NCBI GenBank assembly: GCA_051532035.1 | Contig: JAOPTW010000037.1 | Span: 15,053-79,052, forward strand | DNA from: Fibrobacterales bacterium | GTDB lineage: Bacteria > Fibrobacterota > Fibrobacteria > Fibrobacterales > JAOPTW01 | Length of the DNA stretch: 64,000 bases | Reading direction: 5' to 3' | Shown: in pieces, positions 59,601 to 64,000 of the stretch | Position numbering within the stretch: position 1 is the first letter of the stretch | Layout: each line of letters starts with the position of its first letter | Position numbers and translations under genes: made by a program | The notes under the pieces: generated by a model | The model's input: the letters and a program-made list of their open reading frames with translations, nothing else | What the model was told of the DNA's origin: nothing | Databases searched by the model: none

Positions 59601-61182
59601 TACTGAATTTTCTGATGAAATAATTAAACATACAAACGGCACAGGTGTTGATGTAGTATTAAACTCATTACCTGGTGATATCATGCTTAAAAGTATTGAG
59701 TGCATGGCCTCATTTGGACGTTTTGTCGAAATCGGTAAAAAAGATATTGAACAAAATAAGGTGTTGTTCTTAAAGGCATTTCAAAATAATTTATCCTATT
59801 TTGCTCTCGATACTGATAGACTTGTTGTCGAAAAACCTGAGGTTTCTTCGAGAGAAATGAATAGACTGTTAGATTTGATAGAATCATCCCATTACAGTGC
59901 GTTGCCTCACAGAACTTTTGATTTTGCAAATATGAAGCGGGCTATGAAATATATTAGTCAAGCAAAACATATTGGTAAAGTGGTGGTGTCCCTAAATGAA
60001 AATGATACTGTTGCATTAGATTCAAAAATCCCTGCTCTGGATATCGGTGATAATGAAACGTATATAGTAGCGGGAGGTGTTGGAGGTTTTGGTTTTAGCA
60101 CAGCTGAATGGCTGGCACATAATGGAGCAAAAACGATAGTTCTATTAGGGCGTAGTGGTAAAGTCAATGAAAACACCCAACAGAAAATTGATTCCTTACA
60201 ATCACAAGGAGTAGCAATTGTTGTTAAACAGGTTGATATCTCAAAAATGTCAGAAGTAACAGAATGTATTAATCAGCTTGCCGCATCATTACCGCCTATT
60301 AAAGGGGTGTTTATTACTGCTATGGTCTTAAAAGATGGGCCATTAAAAGAATCTACACACGAAGACTTTACAGCTGTTCTTGAGCCTAAAATGGCGGGGT
60401 CGTGGAACTTTCATAAGGCAACCTTAGGATTAGAATTAAAATTCTTTGTTATGTATTCTTCAATCACCACAACTGTCGGGAATGCCAATCAAGGTAATTA
60501 TGTAGCCGCAAATATGTATCTCGAACAACTCGCAGAGTATCGACAATCAATACACCTACCAGGAACAACTATTGGGTGGGGTGCAATTGGGGATGTAGGG
60601 CATGTTTCGGAACATCAAGAAATTAAAGACTACCTTTCTACTATTGGACTTCGTTCTATAGAGCCTCAGAGTGGCTTAAATGAAATGGGTATCGCTCTCA
60701 CAGAAAATGATTGTGCAGTTAGATATGTAGGGTCGGTTGATTGGGAGGCATGGAGCCGAAGTAAAACAGGGGTTTATTCAAATCGCTATGAATTCTTAAT
60801 GAAAAAGGGGAATCAATCGAGTGAAGAGGGTGAGTCGGTATTTGATTTAGATTCGCTACTCAGTATTGGGTCAATCGATGATATTAAGGACTGTCTAAAC
60901 GAAAAAATATGGAAAATTATTGGATTGGTGCTAAGAATATCTGACACGGAAATTGATAAGGATTCTACGCTTATAGATTTAGGAATAGATTCTTTGATGG
61001 TTGTTGAATTGAGTGCACTTATCGACGAAGAGTTCTCTGTTCAAATTCCTACAATGCATTTGTTTGCTGATATCACTATTCCTAATTTAACTAACATACT
61101 CATGGAAAAACTCAATATTGTACCCAGTGAAACAAGCGAAGTCGGTGATTCGGAAAAAATAGTAATGAGCAGTGAGTCTTAA
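53608..61182 (+). CDS. Single-module, fully reducing type I PKS/FAS: KS-AT-DH-cMT-ER-KR-ACP, no thioesterase
   Basis: KS DTACSSS/EAHGTGT/KSNVGHLE; AT GHSVG and VPYHS; DH HxxxxxxxxP and LLDGAFQ; cMT ILEIGAGSGG; ER LIHAGAGGVG; KR GGVGGFG and NYVAAN; ACP LGIDSL. Confidence 0.95.
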   Translation: MGLNMKNMQMAIVGMSCRLPGGVNSPDELWELLKNKKDSISEIPSDRWNPENYFHKEQSGKSYSKWGGFIDSINTFDPSFFGISPREALGMDPQQRLLLELAWEAMEDSGTLPKDLENSNTGVYVGISSHDYCDLQTAHEAQSSIDAYTQTGNCNSIAANRISYIFNFKGPSLAIDTACSSSLVALDSAVKDLTLGVCDTALVAGVQVLLRPEVFTGFSMASMLSPTGRCHSFSNDADGFVRAEGGGVVLLKPLEKAIADGDTIHAVVCASGTNQDGKTKGMTVPSQDSQMKLIEETCARAGIEPHLVQYVEAHGTGTKVGDPIEANSIGTVIGKKRTSNRISNCIMGSIKSNVGHLEPASGMAGLLKTVVALKHAEIPANIHAEQLNEDIDFAGLGLTVPTEHMMWPENEDGKPRYAGINSFGFGGANAHVIVSEAPAVASTKAQSDSVNQKVLTISSQSSQALRLNAIAYRDALESMSNEESASISLADIAYSANCKKTHHKERIAVIGSSIEEWCENLSQYIDNEAVDSVVESKETSKPHPIVYVFSGMGQQWAGMAKGLLESEPVFAQMIARCDKELSKYVEWSLSEELLKDTEYTLVDKTYIAQPLIFSIQVSLSALLESWGILPNKIVGHSVGEVAAAYVSGVLTFEDAIQVIYHRSRLQNKAAGTGSMLALGISETEVNDYLLSEYTGVSIAAINSSSSVTLAGDTDQLTLIAEAAQSNDVFNRFLKVDVPYHSPGMDPYMEELTIALEELDPNAARVELYSTVLGSQITGFEMDGDYWADNMREPVLFKKSIEEMAHDGAATFLEISAHPVLMTSLKEILSESTFEHCIERSLYRNKDNTHQVQLMISTLYVMGYSLDWKLITGEGSFINLPRYQFNREVYWKEPEIINTKRIQKNIRPLLGYKEHTNWIEFAFDINSHSVPWLPHHKIQEKTVVPAAAYIETILESMSESISDKNDTQSFALNNVAFNRTLTIDTVVPKKVKIVLLEDPQSFEIMSATSGEEEKWTTHSVGSYEYMSRAHSLDSISHESILKRCTTSVDVNEIYNEFDLMGLGYTDHFKSIKALWSGANESIAKLSLPGDAQQGSGYVLHPALLDGAFQSLIACIPKSSSGRSQSLLPVFLEKIRVYPKNIGNMMYCNGSIVTTSPKGYTGDIVLFNEHNVIVAEIIGLRLHAVENIQSHESTKNIDAFEYVWQSINGQESIDGSTDTCTDIFSRFKYEKSQYGARFNRDTYYSDVSTVLNELSLGFMYRALCRIGLSKIDEIDVEGHSLINHLSPHVESLLNRCLTLLEERGYLEKNSEEGVYRLINELDVSTLNAQWNSALEKYPSYLAELTLIAHCGDTLGCIFNDTIDPVKSMFPQMSNSLEHLYQDSPSSKVYNQITRQAILEMVAQYPKEKKIRILEIGAGSGGFTSSIIDALPQERTEYHFTDVSEDLLNEAKLKFHDKGCISFSLLDIEREISEDNNEKQLGIYDIIISYDILHATQNISSTISHIKQLMNPSAALFLIELTEKEPWLDLVFGTLPGWWRFNDQRVESNHPLLSEDEWNDLLKAEGFHSVVSFNDDVIGNKGFQSVICAQGVPVALTEKQSNSESEKIVITGSCICISDSGEQHSTLITAIESQYDSVIIIDSKKYVDASISDQLSEHLLNTTDCSDVIYLVSNDIENDQYFATQKIQLLTLLDCIKSISSSAIEQPSLRVVTRGVWKVAEDSSCNPMHAGLWGLCRVAMNEYSGQHISLVDLSEKIAPEEIEQFLTLLQNGSGEDEIAIRGTAQYQHRIKKVAKTAVAIASSAPFTMGIDKVGSIDNVVFNQVAREKPYDTEVEIEVKAVALNFKDIAKTIGLLSEDTMMGTASGFNLGLECAGVVTSVGMDVTDYSVGDHVIALLPRKGIGKYSLCNAKQVYRKPNNITFEEAVTIPVVYFTAYYALNKLAQLEEGESVLIHAGAGGVGLAAIKIALQKKCIVYATAGSPVKRDLLRALGVHVVLDSRSTEFSDEIIKHTNGTGVDVVLNSLPGDIMLKSIECMASFGRFVEIGKKDIEQNKVLFLKAFQNNLSYFALDTDRLVVEKPEVSSREMNRLLDLIESSHYSALPHRTFDFANMKRAMKYISQAKHIGKVVVSLNENDTVALDSKIPALDIGDNETYIVAGGVGGFGFSTAEWLAHNGAKTIVLLGRSGKVNENTQQKIDSLQSQGVAIVVKQVDISKMSEVTECINQLAASLPPIKGVFITAMVLKDGPLKESTHEDFTAVLEPKMAGSWNFHKATLGLELKFFVMYSSITTTVGNANQGNYVAANMYLEQLAEYRQSIHLPGTTIGWGAIGDVGHVSEHQEIKDYLSTIGLRSIEPQSGLNEMGIALTENDCAVRYVGSVDWEAWSRSKTGVYSNRYEFLMKKGNQSSEEGESVFDLDSLLSIGSIDDIKDCLNEKIWKIIGLVLRISDTEIDKDSTLIDLGIDSLMVVELSALIDEEFSVQIPTMHLFADITIPNLTNILMEKLNIVPSETSEVGDSEKIVMSSES

Positions 61183-61191
61183 GGGGGATGT

Positions 61192-62286
61192 ATGAGTAGT
61201 GCATTATTAAGTGAATATTTAGCAGACCCATTTCTCAAGGCCATATATAAAGACATAAAAAATGTTGGGTCCATGAAACCCATGATGGTTGAAATAACTC
61301 AAAACTGCAATTTGCGTTGTGAGGGTTGTTTTTTCTTCACGGATAAAATGGATAGGTTTAAAGCCCCTAAAGATGAAAAGGTATTTGATGAATTCTTGCA
61401 GCGTGAAAAAGAACGGGGGACCAATGACGTATTAGTAGTAGGTGGTGAGCCTGCATTGATGTTGCCTCGTGTTAAAAAAATTGTAGATACTTTTCGAACG
61501 GTTACGGTGGTTACGAATGGGGTTAAAAAGATTCCTATGGAAGGATTTGAAAATATAGCCCTTGCCATATCTGTGTGGGGAGACCATGAAACTGATACGC
61601 TTTTGAGAGGTAAAGGAACCAATAACATATTTGAAAAGGCATTGACTTACTATAAAGATGACCCGAGGGCACGGTGGTACTATACTGCAAGTGCTGGAAA
61701 CGCTGACCAAATTGAAGGCGTTGTCGATGAAATTGTAGAAAATGGTAATGTGGTACTTTTTAATTATTATGGTGATTTGGCTTCCAAAGGGTCTACTTTT
61801 GATCACACTATTGGATTTAAAGATGTTGCAGAGAAAATTGATGCTATGATTTTGAAACACCCCAAAAATGTGATATTTTCAAGTTATACGAATCATGTGA
61901 TTACTACTGGCACGTTGTATGATCAAAAATGGGGATACGATGTATGCCCTACAATGAGTAATGATAGAGTAGAAGCAGATCGTTTAGCGACAGGAAACCC
62001 ATTAAACCCTCACTTTAAAGTATTTGCACCTGACCTTAAGACTACGAAGTTATGTTGTCAGTCTCTTAACCGTAAGGATTGTTCTATTTGTTTTGATACA
62101 TGGGCTCATGAGGGATGGATTATGCTGAACCTCCAAAAACATTTGGGGTCTAAGCAGGAGTTTACTAACTGGCTTTCGGCGGTCTATGTGTACTATTTAA
62201 CTAATGGTGCACTTCCCTTAAAAATTGGTCGGAAACGGTTACCTGAAATGCATAGGCGTGTAATGGTGAAAGCAGAGGAGGGGTAG
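61192..62286 (+). CDS. Radical SAM enzyme with extra C-terminal cysteines
   Basis: CNLRCEGC (CxxxCxxC), GGEP, TNG; C-terminal CP...CC......DC..C; starts 9 nt after the PKS stop. Confidence 0.92.
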   Translation: MSSALLSEYLADPFLKAIYKDIKNVGSMKPMMVEITQNCNLRCEGCFFFTDKMDRFKAPKDEKVFDEFLQREKERGTNDVLVVGGEPALMLPRVKKIVDTFRTVTVVTNGVKKIPMEGFENIALAISVWGDHETDTLLRGKGTNNIFEKALTYYKDDPRARWYYTASAGNADQIEGVVDEIVENGNVVLFNYYGDLASKGSTFDHTIGFKDVAEKIDAMILKHPKNVIFSSYTNHVITTGTLYDQKWGYDVCPTMSNDRVEADRLATGNPLNPHFKVFAPDLKTTKLCCQSLNRKDCSICFDTWAHEGWIMLNLQKHLGSKQEFTNWLSAVYVYYLTNGALPLKIGRKRLPEMHRRVMVKAEEG

Positions 62287-62287
62287 T

Positions 62288-62869
62288 ATGGATGAAGAGT
62301 ACACAATAGTTGCAGTAGATTCCTTAAAAAAGAATTTGCAAAAAGCATACTATCACACCCAAAATGAATGGAGAAATAAAAAGCTTGGAATAGAAAATGA
62401 TGGTATAGACTCAAGTCTTACCATTGGTGATGTTGAGATATTATTAGCTGTTCTTAAAGGAAAATATCAAATTATTGGGGGTGTAAGGGGGGCAGTGTGT
62501 CATGGAGGGTCACAAAATAATTTACTCTTTGAACATTGGTTTAAGGGAGTTAAGTATCGAGATTATTTCCCTCAACATTCCAGTAAGGAAAACTACGCTG
62601 AAATATCTGGATTATTTATGAAGGAAAATGATGCTCGGCTGTCGCCTTATCTTTCTTTATTGGTTGAAGCTCTCTCTAATAATAATACGGTACCTGAAAT
62701 ACGCTATATCTACGCATATATCCGTAAACCTATGATTCCTATTTATCAATATATTGGAGAATCGTTACACTATACAATGGAAACGGTACCCCTTGGTGAA
62801 GCGTTTAATTCAAAAAGCTCTACTGTTGCAAGTGACGTTTCACTTATTGCTTTTACTGTATCTAAATAA
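62288..62869 (+). CDS. GNAT-fold protein (acyl-HSL synthase / N-acyl amino acid synthase-like)
   Basis: IIGGVR, YAEISGLFM, YIYA......IYQ.IG pattern; starts 1 nt after the radical SAM stop. Confidence 0.5.
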   Translation: MDEEYTIVAVDSLKKNLQKAYYHTQNEWRNKKLGIENDGIDSSLTIGDVEILLAVLKGKYQIIGGVRGAVCHGGSQNNLLFEHWFKGVKYRDYFPQHSSKENYAEISGLFMKENDARLSPYLSLLVEALSNNNTVPEIRYIYAYIRKPMIPIYQYIGESLHYTMETVPLGEAFNSKSSTVASDVSLIAFTVSK

Positions 62870-62891
62870 TATTAGTTCCTTTATTTAGTAT

Positions 62892-62928
62892 TACAAAAGC
62901 CCCCTGTGCAATACAGGGGGCTTTTGTA
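62892..62928. terminator. Bidirectional intrinsic terminator
   Basis: Perfect 16-bp stem TACAAAAGCCCCCTGT-GCAAT-ACAGGGGGCTTTTGTA between convergent genes. Confidence 0.9.
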
Positions 62929-62989
62929 TGAGCGTACTACAAGTACTCACAATTTTAATAGTATCATAGTACTTATAAGAACACGGTAC

Positions 62990-64000
62990 TTAGAGCTCAA
63001 CTACCATAACATTATCCAAATACACATCATTGCTATTTACCCCAATATTAAATACCACTCGTGCATTCATATCAGTTTGTGGCATAACAAAATCATAGGA
63101 GTAGTTTGATAGTGTAGGGGTGATAGATGTTGCAGCTATAGATCCATAGTTACTCCAAGGAGAGCCATCAGTTTCTAAGTGAGCTTCAATGGTACGATAG
63201 TCTGAGGCGCGAGCATCAAAACTAAATCGGTAGGTTTTCCCTTGTTCCAAAGGTAGGCCTCCTTGTTTGAATTGAACATTCCAGCTCGCTGAACCTCCGT
63301 TGTTGATAGCAAGTACGCCCTGACCACCATTGGTAGAGAATTGTGCATTGCCACCGTCAGCCAAGTAGAGATCCCAATTACTGGTGCCATAAGAGAAATC
63401 GCCATTAGAAATGAGATTTGTTGCAGTTACTTCGGGAAGTACTGAAAGAGATGCTGTTGTGGTAATGTTATTAAGAGTAAGAGTCATAATCCACTCACCA
63501 ACATCGGTTGAGACCACATGAGTATAATTAAACCATCCACCTCCGGTAGTTGTAAAGGTTGGCAAGCCTAATCCAGTAATTTGTGATCCAAACTGATCAT
63601 ATCCTCGATAGATAAGGGATGCTGAATTTCCAACAGTCACCGTTATGGGGTCAAATTCGATAGTGGTGAGCACGGGCTCCTCAACTTCTAATTCTACCAA
63701 GGTCACATTATCGATTGTAACATCACTTGAATTCGAGCCCACATTAAACACAATCCGAGCATTCATGTCGGTTGTATTCATAACGAAATCATGAGTAAAC
63801 ACTGAGGATGTCGTCGTAATAGAAAAAGGTGAGGTATTTGCATAGTTGGACCATGGTGAACCATCGGTCTCGAGGCGAACTTCAATCGAGCGTGCTGTTG
63901 CTCCATGTGCCTGAAAGCTTAATGAATAGTGTTTGCCTTGCTCAAGAGGAATTGAAACCTGCTTAAACTGAACATTCCATGTTGCTCCACCGCCATTGGA
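62990..64000 (-). CDS. Carbohydrate-binding protein with tandem CBM4/9-like modules; 5' part lies outside the window
   Basis: The frame is open to the window edge; two copies of WNVQFKQ..PLEQGK.Y..SF.A....R.IE..LETDGSPWSNY, plus NLISNGDFS and DNV. Confidence 0.85.
   Translation of the reverse strand, partial: SNGGGATWNVQFKQVSIPLEQGKHYSLSFQAHGATARSIEVRLETDGSPWSNYANTSPFSITTTSSVFTHDFVMNTTDMNARIVFNVGSNSSDVTIDNVTLVELEVEEPVLTTIEFDPITVTVGNSASLIYRGYDQFGSQITGLGLPTFTTTGGGWFNYTHVVSTDVGEWIMTLTLNNITTTASLSVLPEVTATNLISNGDFSYGTSNWDLYLADGGNAQFSTNGGQGVLAINNGGSASWNVQFKQGGLPLEQGKTYRFSFDARASDYRTIEAHLETDGSPWSNYGSIAATSITPTLSNYSYDFVMPQTDMNARVVFNIGVNSNDVYLDNVMVVEL

Noticed and set aside
62906-63109. 67-aa plus-strand ORF
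   Set aside because: It starts inside the terminator hairpin and is antisense to the CBM gene.

Overview
AT-rich bacterial DNA with no rRNA, tRNA, CRISPR array, integrase or transposase recognised. A TIGR02147-like gene paired with a lipoprotein, a Fibrobacter-type FISUMP protein and Ser-rich lipoproteins suggest a Fibrobacterota genome (inference). The window contains: (1) a ~2450-aa adhesin-like lipoprotein between 109-bp direct repeats; (2) surface and secreted proteins (GH16, triple spondin, omptin-like, beta-barrel, TonB receptor, partial CBM4 protein); (3) a tightly coupled 8-gene operon (20326-32355) encoding an orphan class I HMG-CoA reductase, a UbiA-family protein, a rifampin-phosphotransferase-like dikinase, a BtaA/DUF3419 protein, a phytol/dolichol-kinase-like protein, a GNAT, an OleC-like ligase and an MMPL exporter, bracketed by a 27/28-bp direct repeat; (4) a CheR/CheB/hybrid-kinase/HD-GYP signalling operon with no chemoreceptor; (5) a single-module KS-AT-DH-cMT-ER-KR-ACP PKS lacking a thioesterase, followed by a radical SAM enzyme and a GNAT-like protein. 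Item 3 is the best candidate for an undescribed lipid pathway and item 5 is the second. All family calls come from motifs recognised by eye; no searches were run.
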